NCBI GenBank assembly: GCA_903854995.1
Contig: CAINXS010000067.1
Span: 1 to 54,017 of the forward strand
Source of the DNA: Candidatus Moraniibacteriota bacterium
GTDB lineage: Bacteria > Patescibacteriota > Minisyncoccia > Moranbacterales > UBA1568
Direction of reading: 5' to 3'
DNA length: 54,017 nt
Made by a program: the position numbers and the translations under genes. The notes under the pieces were generated by a model, which was not told the origin of the DNA, did not search any database, and saw only the letters and a list, made by a program, of their open reading frames with translations. Of this stretch, positions 1-9,496 are shown in pieces (within the stretch, counting starts at the first letter, position 1; every line of letters starts with the position of its first letter).

Positions 1-118
1 AGACGGTGGAATATGTATTACAATGATTTGGAGCACTGCGGATTGAACGGAAAGAGTCCGAACGAATTTCTGAAAGAATTCGAATTAATAAATCCGCCAA
101 ATGTGTGTACTTAAAACA
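1..118 (+). mobile_element. 3' end of an IS481-like element: partial DDE transposase (1..114) plus ...ACA terminus
   Basis: Frame 1 reads RRWNMYYNDLEHCGLNGKSPNEFLKEF...NVCT* (TAA 112-114), resembling the W..YYN...H..L.GK.P tail of IS481/IS3 integrase cores. ACA at 116-118 fits the TGT...ACA ends of IS481. Confidence 0.6.
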
Positions 119-223
119 TTCTGGCCTTGTGACCCGTTTCCGTTGTGTATGGGTCGGGACATTTTTTCGGGTAGGTATTTTTCGCAATGGACAAAAAGAA
201 GAAGCCGTCCTGGTTCGGGCGGC
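117..223. repeat. 107-bp direct repeat, copy 1
   Basis: Identical to 691..797 except G136/A710; contains a GC hairpin followed by a T-rich run on the minus strand. Confidence 0.95.
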
Positions 224-249
224 TTCTACGGTTTGTGGGGCAGAGTGGT

Positions 250-600
250 TTAACTCTTTTTTTTGGCGGGTTTGTTCTCTGGTGGCGTGTCATTGATCTC
301 GATCAGTTCGTTTTTTTCGGGCTCCCTGACGAGCGGGACCCTGAACTGTGTATCGGACGCGATTTCCAGCACATTGTCGCAGAGGGGAGAAAGACCCTCT
401 TTTGATGTCGGCTCGGTGATCTGTTTCGATATCATTGGTGCTATTTTCAGTAAATGGTACTCAAACACCAATGTGGCATAGCCTGACGATTTACTATAGA
501 GTGTAAGCACGATCGGATTTCCGTTGAAGCCCAGATCTATCCTGGCACTTACGATCCGGTATTTCCCTTCAAGGGCGGACGGCTTTACTGTTTTCTTCAT
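250..600 (-). CDS. hypothetical protein (116 aa)
   Basis: ATG at 600 preceded by GAGGAG; minus-strand TTGACT-17-TAGCCT promoter upstream; terminator hairpin in repeat copy 1 downstream. Confidence 0.65.
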   Translation of the reverse strand: MKKTVKPSALEGKYRIVSARIDLGFNGNPIVLTLYSKSSGYATLVFEYHLLKIAPMISKQITEPTSKEGLSPLCDNVLEIASDTQFRVPLVREPEKNELIEINDTPPENKPAKKKS

Positions 601-690
601 GGAAGTGTCTCCTCGATATTTTTGATTGACGAATTGATAAAGAAAAACTGTTTCAGAGGAGGCTATCATCCCGCGAAGGGAAAGTCAAGG

Positions 691-797
691 CATTCTGGCC
701 TTGTGACCCATTTCCGTTGTGTATGGGTCGGGACATTTTTTCGGGTAGGTATTTTTCGCAATGGACAAAAAGAAGAAGCCGTCCTGGTTCGGGCGGC
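691..797. repeat. 107-bp direct repeat, copy 2
   Basis: Matches 117..223 at 106 of 107 positions. Confidence 0.95.
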
Positions 798-970
798 CTC
801 TCGTTTTGGTGTGATTTGTGGGAAAGAGGGTAGTCGAGCTTTCGGGAGCGGGGCATCGCCTCGTCCTTTCGCCTTTCCCGAATACTTGACTGAAGAGCGA
901 AAATATGCTATGTTTTCAGTCAGTTGCTCAAAAAATGAATATTTTTTCACCGAAGTTCAAAGGAGGAGTT

Positions 971-1615
971 ATGTTGATCTGTAGACGTGAAGTAAGGCCG
1001 AATGGTGTTATCATCGCCGTTGACCAGTACCCTTTTCTGAAGAGCGGTCTTCGGGGTATCTTTCCGGAAGGAACTGTTTCGGAGGATAGTTCGATTCCGA
1101 AGTATAGAGGAGTGGTTAATCACAAGAATCCCACGAAAACTATTCGCGAAATAGCGGAACAATTGGCGGGAAATATCTCCAGCCGTCATGCCGACCAAAT
1201 TGTCGTTTCTGTGGCAACGCTCGCATTGTATGCCGGTTTTTCTCTCGACGTCGTCTTGACGGACCCGGATGCACGTGATGATCTCGACGATCTGCGTGAG
1301 GAAGACACGTTTATACTTCTCATGGCTGTCACGGTCGTTGTTCCGGGATCCGACTCGATGACGAAGACTTTTCGGAGAAGGATGCTCATCGATATTCCGG
1401 AATCCTGCGATGACTTTGACTTGGAGTCTTTGAGCGACGCGGATTTCCGCTCTTCCTCGCCAGGTAAGCCGTTTACGGGATACTTTCGTAATTTGGTTCT
1501 TCAGATTTTGAGAGACGAAGAATATCTCCTGGAATCCGTAAGCTGTTTTGTGAAGGCTTGCTGTTTGCGAGAAGGAGCTAGACATCTGTTGCGTGAAAAC
1601 GCTGTCGTTGCGTGA
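971..1615 (+). CDS. hypothetical protein
   Basis: Long ORF; AGGAGG at 961-966 before ATG 971; TTGACT...TGcTATGTT promoter upstream; no recognised domain. Confidence 0.7.
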   Translation: MLICRREVRPNGVIIAVDQYPFLKSGLRGIFPEGTVSEDSSIPKYRGVVNHKNPTKTIREIAEQLAGNISSRHADQIVVSVATLALYAGFSLDVVLTDPDARDDLDDLREEDTFILLMAVTVVVPGSDSMTKTFRRRMLIDIPESCDDFDLESLSDADFRSSSPGKPFTGYFRNLVLQILRDEEYLLESVSCFVKACCLREGARHLLRENAVVA

Positions 1616-1696
1616 TGGAAAGTCGTGAGTCGTTTCGATTATGGCCGCGCATCATGCTTATATGGTGCCGGCCGCTTTTATTTTCTTCTCCGGAGC

Positions 1697-1768
1697 TGTC
1701 ATTCTACGCTTCGCCATAGACGGGTCTTGTAAGGTGAGACTGGATTCCGGATCAAGTCCGGAATGACA
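1697..1768. repeat. small palindromic REP/MITE-like element
   Basis: TGTCATTC (1697) ... GAATGACA (1768) termini with inner hairpin ATTCCGGA-TCAAG-TCCGGAAT. Confidence 0.5.
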
Positions 1769-1879
1769 AGTCAGGGATACCATATGGTTTACAGAGGATT
1801 TTCATCTCCTTGACTTTCCGGCGGCTCGCGGGTAGGAAGGAGGAAAGAGAAAAAAGAAGATGCCGACCGCGGGGCTTCC

Positions 1880-2416
1880 GTGGGAACCAAACCGTTCATT
1901 ATCATGTGGGTTTTGCAAGAAGGCATTTCCCCCGTAGTCGCCATAACGTTGCGGGATGTCATGAATCTCCTGCTCCGGGAACGATGTTTCGACGGATGGC
2001 GTTCCGCGGAGCTCGGGAAACTGTTCGAGATGATAACCGGAGAAGAAGAGGTCATTGCAAAGTATGGGGACGAGGTCGCGAAGATGATAGCGAATTACGT
2101 CCTCCTCTGTCTCCCGGATCTTCCCGGTATGGTTCCTTTGATGGAGGACCCGATCGAAGCGATCGCCTATATCCGCAGGAATTCGCGCGATCGGAATGAT
2201 GCCTATGAGGATGCGTGGAACCGGTTTGGCACGGCGATCAGTGCGCTTGAGGCCGGTTTCGGAAAGATTTTCCTGATTCCGAAGACGCAACTGGTGTTCG
2301 AAGAGTCGGATGGGAACGACGCTTCGGATCGGCCGGATAATGACGTTCGGTGGAAAGGGCCTGAAGACGGCCCGGACGATACGTCATGTCTCGGTGGTGC
2401 GGGAGTGCCCGTATGA
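1880..2416 (+). CDS. hypothetical protein
   Basis: 178-aa ORF with protein-like composition; start uncertain. Confidence 0.55.
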   Translation: MGTKPFIIMWVLQEGISPVVAITLRDVMNLLLRERCFDGWRSAELGKLFEMITGEEEVIAKYGDEVAKMIANYVLLCLPDLPGMVPLMEDPIEAIAYIRRNSRDRNDAYEDAWNRFGTAISALEAGFGKIFLIPKTQLVFEESDGNDASDRPDNDVRWKGPEDGPDDTSCLGGAGVPV

Positions 2417-2602
2417 ATATCATTGAGAGGAATGGCCCGTCGCGGATGTGACGGGCTCTTTGTTTTTTGAAAAATGTGACCTGAAAGGTATCCCGTCCGG
2501 GCGGTCGCGCGAAAAGGCGGAAAATGCTATACTCGGGTTAATTGCGGAACCGGGAATAATCCGTTCCCGGAGTGTCGTCGTGATACGTTCAATCATCTCG
2601 AT

Positions 2603-5008
2603 ATGGGAAGGAAACAACAGGAAGAGAGACCGAGGAGGGGCCGACCGAGAAAGGAAGCCGAAGAAGAAACGTCTGAGGCGAAATCGGGATGGGGAGATGC
2701 ACTCGGAGGGGATGCGAAGCGGAGTATCGCGGCGATTTTCCTGGTGGCGTTTTCCATCCTGTTCCTCTTCGCGTTTTTCGGTGCCGGAAGCAGGCTTGGA
2801 GGTTGGCTGGACAGCGGCGTGGGGGCGCTTTTCGGTTGGGGAAAGTGGCTCTTTCCTCTTCTGCTTCTCGTCTCCGCGGTCTTTCTCCTGAGACGCCGGA
2901 CGACGACCCTTTCGGATGTCGTGAAATTCATCGGACTCGGAATCGTGTTTTTTTCCGTTCTCGGTTTTTTCCATCTGTTTCTCGGCGATTCCGCCAAGGA
3001 AATGCTTTCCTTCGCGAAGAAGGGATCGGGAGGCGGGTATGTCGGGTACGGCATCGCCGCGTTCCTGTTCACGTTCACGGGGCGTGCCGCCGCCGCGGTC
3101 ATTCTTGCGGCCCTGCTTTCGTCCGGTGTCGTGGCCGCATTCAACGTTTCGCTGATCCATTTCCTGTCATTTATCAAGGGAAAACTGTCCGATATGCGGA
3201 GGCCTCGCGGTGTCGACGAATCAGTCGTGGACGAGGCTCCTCGGGATCCGGCTCCGGAAGTAGAGATTCCTTGTGCGGCGCCGGATCCGTTACCGGCCAT
3301 CGCTGAGGGATACGGCAACATAGGGACGATAGATTTTCCCGAAGATCGTCCGGAGGGGATCGAACCGGAAGAGGAAGCCGACGAAGAAGAGCCGGAGATG
3401 CCGGCGCCGAAGAAACGACGGAAAAGTACAGTATCCGTATGGCGCCAGCCCGACCCGGATTTTTTCCGTGGAAAGAGCGGACAGGCCGACTCGGGAGACC
3501 TCGAGCGGACGAAGCAGATAATCCAGAGCACGTTGAAATATTTCAACATATCGGGAGAGATGGGGGAGACGACCGTCGGTCCGACGGTGACCCAGTATAC
3601 GTTCAGTCCGGCGTTCGGGACCAAGCTTTCGAAGATAGTCGGATTGTCGAACGACCTCGCGCTCGCGCTCGCCAAGCACCCGATCCGCATCGAGGCCCCG
3701 ATTCCGAACAAGTCTTTGGTCGGCATCGAGGTTCCGAACACCAAGCAGGCGAGTGTCCGCATGCGGGACATCCTGGAGAGCGCCGCGTACGACGCCCGGA
3801 AGTCGAACCTGTCGTTCGTGCTCGGGGAATCCGTCTCGGGAGACTTCGAGATCGCGGATCTCGAATCCATGCCGCACCTTCTCATCGCCGGGCGTACGGG
3901 ATCCGGGAAAAGCGTCTGTATCAACTCGGTCATTCTCTCGCTTCTTTATCAGAATTCACCGGAAGAGCTTCAGCTCATACTTATCGACCCGAAACGCGTC
4001 GAGCTCTCGCTGTATAACGGGATACCGCATCTGAAAAGCGGCCGGGTGATAACGGATTCGAAGCATGTCGTGAACGCGCTCAAGTATGCCATCGGAGAGA
4101 TGGAGAAACGGTTGCGTATATTCGAATCGGTACGGGTGCGCGATCTGGCATCCTATCGCGAAAAGGAACGCCGGGGCGAAACGTACGTAGACAAGAACGG
4201 ACCCGACGGGCGGCCGCGTACGATGCCCTTGGAGCCGCTTCCGTATATCGTCATCGTCATCGACGAGATGGCGGATCTTATGATGTCGCATGGCAAGGAA
4301 GTGGAAGGGGCGATCGTCCGGCTCGCGCAGATGTCCCGGGCGGCCGGCATACATCTCGTCCTGGCGACGCAGAAACCGGTAGCGGACGTCGTTACCGGCC
4401 TCATCAAGTCGAACATTCCCGGAAAGATCGCATTCGCGGTCTCGAACCAGATGGACTCGCGCATCATCCTCGATACGGGCGGCGCGGAAAAACTCATCGG
4501 CAAGGGGGATATGCTGTATGCGCCCCCGGAATCGTCCCAGCCGAAACGAATCCAGGGCGTATATGTCGACGACCGGGAAGTGAAGGATGTCGTGAAATTT
4601 TTCATCGATCAGAAAAAGGATCTCGGTGAGGAGAACCTGGACGAGGATTTCGACGGAGGCGAGCGGGAGGAGGGTGTCGGCGATCCGTTCTCTTCCGGTG
4701 ATGTCGATTTTACGGCATCGGCGGACGATCCGAACGACCTGGATGACAAATACGGCGAAGCCCGGCAGCTTGTCATCGAATCGGGACGGGCCGCGACGAC
4801 GTTTCTGCAGAGACGCCTGTCCGTCGGGTATGGTCGCGCCGCGAAACTCCTCGATCTGCTTGAGGAGAACGGCGTTGTCGGCCCGCCGGAAGGCGCGAAC
4901 AAGGGACGCCCGGTCCTTATCGGCAAGTTTGCGGGTCGTGAGGACATTCCCGAGTATGAAGATCCTATGGCGGACCAGTCGGCCCGGGACAAATGGCAGG
5001 TCGAATGA
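2603..5008 (+). CDS. ftsK: DNA translocase FtsK/SpoIIIE
   Basis: N-terminal TM helices, MPHLLIAGRTGSGKS Walker A, IVIDEMADL, GAEKLIGKGDML, C-terminal gamma domain LQRRLSVGYGRAAKLLD. Confidence 0.97.
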   Translation: MGRKQQEERPRRGRPRKEAEEETSEAKSGWGDALGGDAKRSIAAIFLVAFSILFLFAFFGAGSRLGGWLDSGVGALFGWGKWLFPLLLLVSAVFLLRRRTTTLSDVVKFIGLGIVFFSVLGFFHLFLGDSAKEMLSFAKKGSGGGYVGYGIAAFLFTFTGRAAAAVILAALLSSGVVAAFNVSLIHFLSFIKGKLSDMRRPRGVDESVVDEAPRDPAPEVEIPCAAPDPLPAIAEGYGNIGTIDFPEDRPEGIEPEEEADEEEPEMPAPKKRRKSTVSVWRQPDPDFFRGKSGQADSGDLERTKQIIQSTLKYFNISGEMGETTVGPTVTQYTFSPAFGTKLSKIVGLSNDLALALAKHPIRIEAPIPNKSLVGIEVPNTKQASVRMRDILESAAYDARKSNLSFVLGESVSGDFEIADLESMPHLLIAGRTGSGKSVCINSVILSLLYQNSPEELQLILIDPKRVELSLYNGIPHLKSGRVITDSKHVVNALKYAIGEMEKRLRIFESVRVRDLASYREKERRGETYVDKNGPDGRPRTMPLEPLPYIVIVIDEMADLMMSHGKEVEGAIVRLAQMSRAAGIHLVLATQKPVADVVTGLIKSNIPGKIAFAVSNQMDSRIILDTGGAEKLIGKGDMLYAPPESSQPKRIQGVYVDDREVKDVVKFFIDQKKDLGEENLDEDFDGGEREEGVGDPFSSGDVDFTASADDPNDLDDKYGEARQLVIESGRAATTFLQRRLSVGYGRAAKLLDLLEENGVVGPPEGANKGRPVLIGKFAGREDIPEYEDPMADQSARDKWQVE

Positions 5009-5195
5009 TACGAACGGGAAGTCTCATGGCCCGGGGCGTGTTCGGGAGGAGGGAACGGATCATGATGCGTTGAGCCGGATAAGCCGTCGACATGGGTCGG
5101 CGGCTTTTTATCCGGGCGGTTTCCGGTAAGATAAGGCGATTTGCTTCTATTTACACATCCTTTGCCCTTCGATTCGGACGTGCTAAAATGAGGGC

Positions 5196-6173
5196 ATGAC
5201 AGCGGCAAATTTCACCAGAAAACGGGTCGGTTCGCTCACGCTCGGGGAGAAGCTTCGAAAGGTCAGGAACGACAATCGGATCAGTCTCGCGGAGGTTTCG
5301 CGCGCCACGAAAATACAGGTGAAGTATCTCGAGGCGCTCGAAGCCGGAGCGTATGAGAAGCTTCCACCGGAGGTGTATGTGCGCGGGTTTCTTCGGGGGT
5401 ATGCCGCACATCTGGGTATTCCCGAGGATGCGATACTGAGGTTGTACGAACGTGAGCGGAGCATACGGAAGAATCTCGGGAAGACGGAGGCGCCGGCCCG
5501 TTTTCAACTCGGAGGCGGGATGCCGATCCGCATACCGCTTTCCCCGCGCGGCGTCGTCGTGTCCGTGATCGCTCTTGTCATAGTCGGTTTCTTCTCGTAT
5601 CTTTTCTTCGAGTTCCGTTCCTTCGTTTCCGAACCGCGTCTGGTTATCCTTTCGCCGTCGGACGGAGATACGGTAGCGGAGGCGGAAGTGCTCGTTCGGG
5701 GAGAGACGGACCCCCGGGCGGAGGTCCGTATCAACGGCGAAGGGACGACCGTCGATGAGCGTGGAGCGTTTTCCGAGGGGCTGTCGCTCGATTCCGGACT
5801 CAACGTGATCACGATCTCGTCCACGAACCGATTCGGTAAGACGCGGGAACGGACGGTTTCGGTGAACGCCGCACTTCCCGAGCGTACCGACGAGGGCGGC
5901 GCATTGATGGATCCGACACCGCCACCGACGGTGCACGTGACGCTTCGGACGGTCCGGTCGACCTCGGTTTCGGTCGGTGTCGACGGCGTGACCGTGTGGA
6001 GCGGGAAACTCCCGGTCGGCGAGGAAAAGACGTTCGATGCGCGGGAGCGGGTCGAAGTGTCGTCCGATGAAGGAAACGCGGTCATGATCCGTGAGGGTGA
6101 TACGACAGAGGCGGCCCTTTCGGGTGATGCCCGTCCGGCGATGGCGGTCTTCGGATCGGACGGAAGAAAGTGA
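5196..6173 (+). CDS. RodZ-like HTH membrane protein
   Basis: N-terminal HTH (LGEKLRKVR...YLEALE...VYVRGFLRGYA), one TM helix, beta-rich C-terminus; lies between ftsK and recA. Confidence 0.85.
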   Translation: MTAANFTRKRVGSLTLGEKLRKVRNDNRISLAEVSRATKIQVKYLEALEAGAYEKLPPEVYVRGFLRGYAAHLGIPEDAILRLYERERSIRKNLGKTEAPARFQLGGGMPIRIPLSPRGVVVSVIALVIVGFFSYLFFEFRSFVSEPRLVILSPSDGDTVAEAEVLVRGETDPRAEVRINGEGTTVDERGAFSEGLSLDSGLNVITISSTNRFGKTRERTVSVNAALPERTDEGGALMDPTPPPTVHVTLRTVRSTSVSVGVDGVTVWSGKLPVGEEKTFDARERVEVSSDEGNAVMIREGDTTEAALSGDARPAMAVFGSDGRK

Positions 6174-6217
6174 ACGAATCGTTTCAAGAGGAAAGCTAAT
6201 CATCGAACAGAAGACAT

Positions 6218-7252
6218 ATGGCGACAAAAGACGTGAACGCGAAGCAGGAGAAGCGTGGCGGCAAGGACGGTTTGGATGCGGTGATGGGGACGATCAAGGA
6301 GAAATTCGGGGACGAGATGATCATGAAACTCGGCGAGGTCCGGAAGGTGGACATCGAGGCGATTCCGACGGGATCGATATCCCTCGACCTGGCTCTCGGT
6401 ATCGGAGGCGTTCCCCGCGGTCGGGTGATAGAGGTGTATGGACCGGAATCTTCCGGAAAGACGACCTTGGCGCTGCATATCATCGCGAATGCCCAGCGGA
6501 TGGGAGGCACGGCCGCCTTCATCGACGCGGAGCATGCGCTTGATCCGGAATACGCCAAGAAGCTCGGTGTGAAGACGGCGGACCTGCTTATCTCGCAGCC
6601 GGACGCCGGCGAACAGGCGCTCGACATCGTTGAGACGCTCGTCCGCTCGAACGCGCTCGACGTGATCGTCGTCGACTCCGTCGCGGCGCTCGTGCCTCGG
6701 GCGGAAATCGAGGGGGAGATGGGTGACCAGCATGTGGGACGGCAGGCGAGACTCATGTCCCAGGCGCTTCGGAAACTTACGCCGATCATGGCGAAATCGA
6801 ATACCGTGGTCATCTTCATCAATCAGCTCCGCATGAAGATCGGTGTCATGTTCGGCAACCCGGAAACGACGACCGGCGGTCAGGCGCTCAAGTTCTATTC
6901 CTCGGTTCGGATCGAGGTCCGACGCGCGGCGCAGATCAAGAAGGGCGAGGAAGTGGTCGGCAACCGCGTAAAGGTCAAAGTCGTGAAGAACAAGGTCGCT
7001 CCGCCGTTTAGGACGACCGAGTTCGACATCATGTACAACGAGGGGGTCTCGGCATCCGGCGACCTGTTGGATACGGGAGTCCGTCTGGAGATCATCAAGA
7101 AATCGGGCAATTCATATCTCTTCGGGGAAACGAAACTCGGTGTCGGTCGCGAGGCGGCCAAGGCGTTCCTCAAGGAAAATCCGAAAGTCTCCGAGGGAAT
7201 CGGTAAGGCCATCATGAAGCGGGCAAAGGAAGACGCCGCCGCGCTCCTGTAG
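6218..7252 (+). CDS. recA: recombinase RecA
   Basis: [37 protein letters not shown]. Confidence 0.99.
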   Translation: MATKDVNAKQEKRGGKDGLDAVMGTIKEKFGDEMIMKLGEVRKVDIEAIPTGSISLDLALGIGGVPRGRVIEVYGPESSGKTTLALHIIANAQRMGGTAAFIDAEHALDPEYAKKLGVKTADLLISQPDAGEQALDIVETLVRSNALDVIVVDSVAALVPRAEIEGEMGDQHVGRQARLMSQALRKLTPIMAKSNTVVIFINQLRMKIGVMFGNPETTTGGQALKFYSSVRIEVRRAAQIKKGEEVVGNRVKVKVVKNKVAPPFRTTEFDIMYNEGVSASGDLLDTGVRLEIIKKSGNSYLFGETKLGVGREAAKAFLKENPKVSEGIGKAIMKRAKEDAAALL

Positions 7253-7269
7253 CCTCGGACTCATTCGCG

Positions 7270-7304
7270 AAAGGACCGTCCGGATCATCGGGCGGTCCTT
7301 TTTT
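7270..7304 (+). terminator. intrinsic terminator after recA
   Basis: AAAGGACCGTCCG/CGGGCGGTCCTTT stem followed by T run. Confidence 0.8.
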
Positions 7305-7350
7305 GTCGGTCATCCTACCGTCCGGTTCATATCCGTGGTATGATATGGCT

Positions 7351-8619
7351 ATGAAATCCGTACTCAGGATAGGTTCGTTTGTTTTTGTCTTCGCTGTCAC
7401 TTTCGTTACGGTGATGCCGGTTTTTTTTGCGCATGCTGAAGACGCCGCATCGATTCAGAAGGATCTGGAGAAGACGTTGGAGAAGCTGAAGCGTGCGGAG
7501 GCGGAGAAGGCCGCGCTTGCGAACGAACTGAGTCGGATCAATTCTTCTCTGACGGCGGCACAGACAGCGATAGCCGGTGCGAAAGCGAGAATCGCTTCGG
7601 CTACGAACGATATCGAACGGAAGCAGGCTGAGATAGACCTGATCCAGGAGCGAATCGAAGGAAACAGGATAATCCTGGCCGGGCTGGTTCGGGAGATGCA
7701 GGCCGAATCGAACGAGCCGCTTTTCAGCGCGGTGCTGTCGGCGGAAGACGTGACACGGTCCCTTAATGATCCGGACCGGCTCCAGTCGGTCGGGGAGCGC
7801 ATGAACGCGATTTTGGCCGACATCCATTCCTCGCAGGAACAGACCGTTCAGGAACAGCAAAGCCTCGAGAAACTGAAGCAGGCGCATGAGGCGGCGCTCG
7901 GCGACAAGCTGGAAGAGAAACAGGCGCTTGCCTCCGACCAGCAGGAGACGCAGGCGGACCTCGCTGAACAGAGCAAGATCGTCTCCCGCTTGGAAAAGGA
8001 GATCAAAGAATTGCAAAGCGACCTTTCAAAACTGACCGGGAAGTCGTATGACGCGAAAGATATCCGCGAGGCCGTCGAATTTGCCAGCGATCGTACCGGA
8101 GTTCCCGAGGGCGTACTGTACGGCTTTCTCAAGATGGAAACCAATCTCGGTGCCAATACCGGTCAGTGTACGTATGCGGAAGTGGAGAAAGTATCCGTGG
8201 CAAGATATAAGAAATACGGTTCGAAATACAAGGCGTCCATCGCCAAGCTATACGAGCGAAGGGATATTTTCTATGATATCGTAGATGACCTCGGGTACAG
8301 CAGAAGCAAGAAAGTGTCGTGTTCTCCGAGCGGGTACATCGGACAGGGCGGGGCCATGGGCGTTTCGCAGTTCATGTCGGACGTCTGGAAGGGATATGAA
8401 TCACAGATTTCCGCTAAGACAGGACACGGTAAGCCTGACCCTTGGAATCTTACGGACGGAGTAATGGCCATGGCGCTCAAGCTGAAAAAGGCGGGAGCGA
8501 CCTCGAACAAGGAATCGGTCATCAAAAGCGCCTCCATCAGTTATCTCGGCGGGTTCAATGCCGGGTATTATAACGGCATTGTCTATTGGTCGAAGAATTA
8601 TAAACTTCTCTTCAAATAG
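7351..8619 (+). CDS. secreted coiled-coil protein with C-terminal lytic murein transglycosylase (SLT/MltB-like) domain
   Basis: Signal peptide ending AHA-E, long heptad coiled coil, LKMETNLG, GAMGVSQFMSDVW, DPWNLTDG motifs. Confidence 0.8.
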   Translation: MKSVLRIGSFVFVFAVTFVTVMPVFFAHAEDAASIQKDLEKTLEKLKRAEAEKAALANELSRINSSLTAAQTAIAGAKARIASATNDIERKQAEIDLIQERIEGNRIILAGLVREMQAESNEPLFSAVLSAEDVTRSLNDPDRLQSVGERMNAILADIHSSQEQTVQEQQSLEKLKQAHEAALGDKLEEKQALASDQQETQADLAEQSKIVSRLEKEIKELQSDLSKLTGKSYDAKDIREAVEFASDRTGVPEGVLYGFLKMETNLGANTGQCTYAEVEKVSVARYKKYGSKYKASIAKLYERRDIFYDIVDDLGYSRSKKVSCSPSGYIGQGGAMGVSQFMSDVWKGYESQISAKTGHGKPDPWNLTDGVMAMALKLKKAGATSNKESVIKSASISYLGGFNAGYYNGIVYWSKNYKLLFK

Positions 8620-8719
8620 CGTCATAAGCCGACGAATCCGGCTACGGGCCGGGGATGACGGTTCGAAGGACGATGATATGCGAACGGTGGTCAATACGGT
8701 GTCAATCGCAGAGAAACAT

Positions 8720-9178
8720 ATGAAACAGCTCAGGATGAAATCGAGTCAGAATGGTTCCGTGCTCGTCTTTTCGCTGGTCATCCTTTCGCTGATGCTCGTG
8801 ACTTCGCTCACGCTGCTTTCTTCCGTGTCGCTTGATCAGAAGGCCTCGCTCTCGACCGGCAACTCGACCCGTTCCTTTCAGGTCGCCGATTCGGGAGTCG
8901 AGCAGGTTCTCTATCAGATATACAAGAAGAGCAACGCGACGATCGGGGACCTCAGCGACAGCATCACTGACACGACATGTACCGACGGTTTCGTCGTTTC
9001 CAGCGACGGGTGGACCGTCGCGTTCTATACGGGGGATGACGGTGATGTCAGGATCGACTCGTGTTCCGCGACCGACTGGCGAACGCTGGTCACCAAGATC
9101 AAATCCCAGGGGACGCTCAGCGGGACCACACGCGCGGTCGAGGTTTCGGTGAAGTCGCCCCTTATGATGACCCCGTAG
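8720..9178 (+). CDS. PilX-like minor type IV pilin
   Basis: QNG/SVLVFSLVILSLML prepilin-like N-terminus, SFQVADSGVE, C-terminal TTRAVEV. Confidence 0.75.
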   Translation: MKQLRMKSSQNGSVLVFSLVILSLMLVTSLTLLSSVSLDQKASLSTGNSTRSFQVADSGVEQVLYQIYKKSNATIGDLSDSITDTTCTDGFVVSSDGWTVAFYTGDDGDVRIDSCSATDWRTLVTKIKSQGTLSGTTRAVEVSVKSPLMMTP

Positions 9179-9260
9179 GCCACCATGACTGATCGTCGTG
9201 CGGTTCCGATACGCACATCGTTTTTCATGAGGCGAACGAAGGTGTCGATAGCCCCGGTTC

Positions 9261-9289
9261 TTGCCAGAATCCGAAAACCCTGGTAGGAT
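9261..9289 (+). promoter_or_regulatory. sigma70-type promoter of rpsF-ssb-rpsR
   Basis: TTGCCA-17-TAGGAT with TGn extension. Confidence 0.55.
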
Positions 9290-9496
9290 TCGGAGACAAA
9301 AGAGAAAGTCCGACGCGTCGCTCCGCTTCATTCCGAAGACCAGGGCGGGCAGAAACCGCACAGGGGCCCTCTTTTGGCGGTTTTAGTATCTCTCTCAAAT
9401 CTCATTTCGGGCTGCAAATCCGAAATTTTCGGCTTCTGATCGCGGTGAGATTTGAGAGAGATGCGGAGCATAATTTGTGGTAATCAACCATACCGT

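Noticed and set aside
117-223. Integron attC site
   Set aside because: No RYYYAAC...GTTRRRY boundaries and no integrase in the window
1784-1879. Read-through of TGA 1811 extending the 1880 ORF from ATG 1784
   Set aside because: In frame, but no homology or SECIS-like evidence; likely chance
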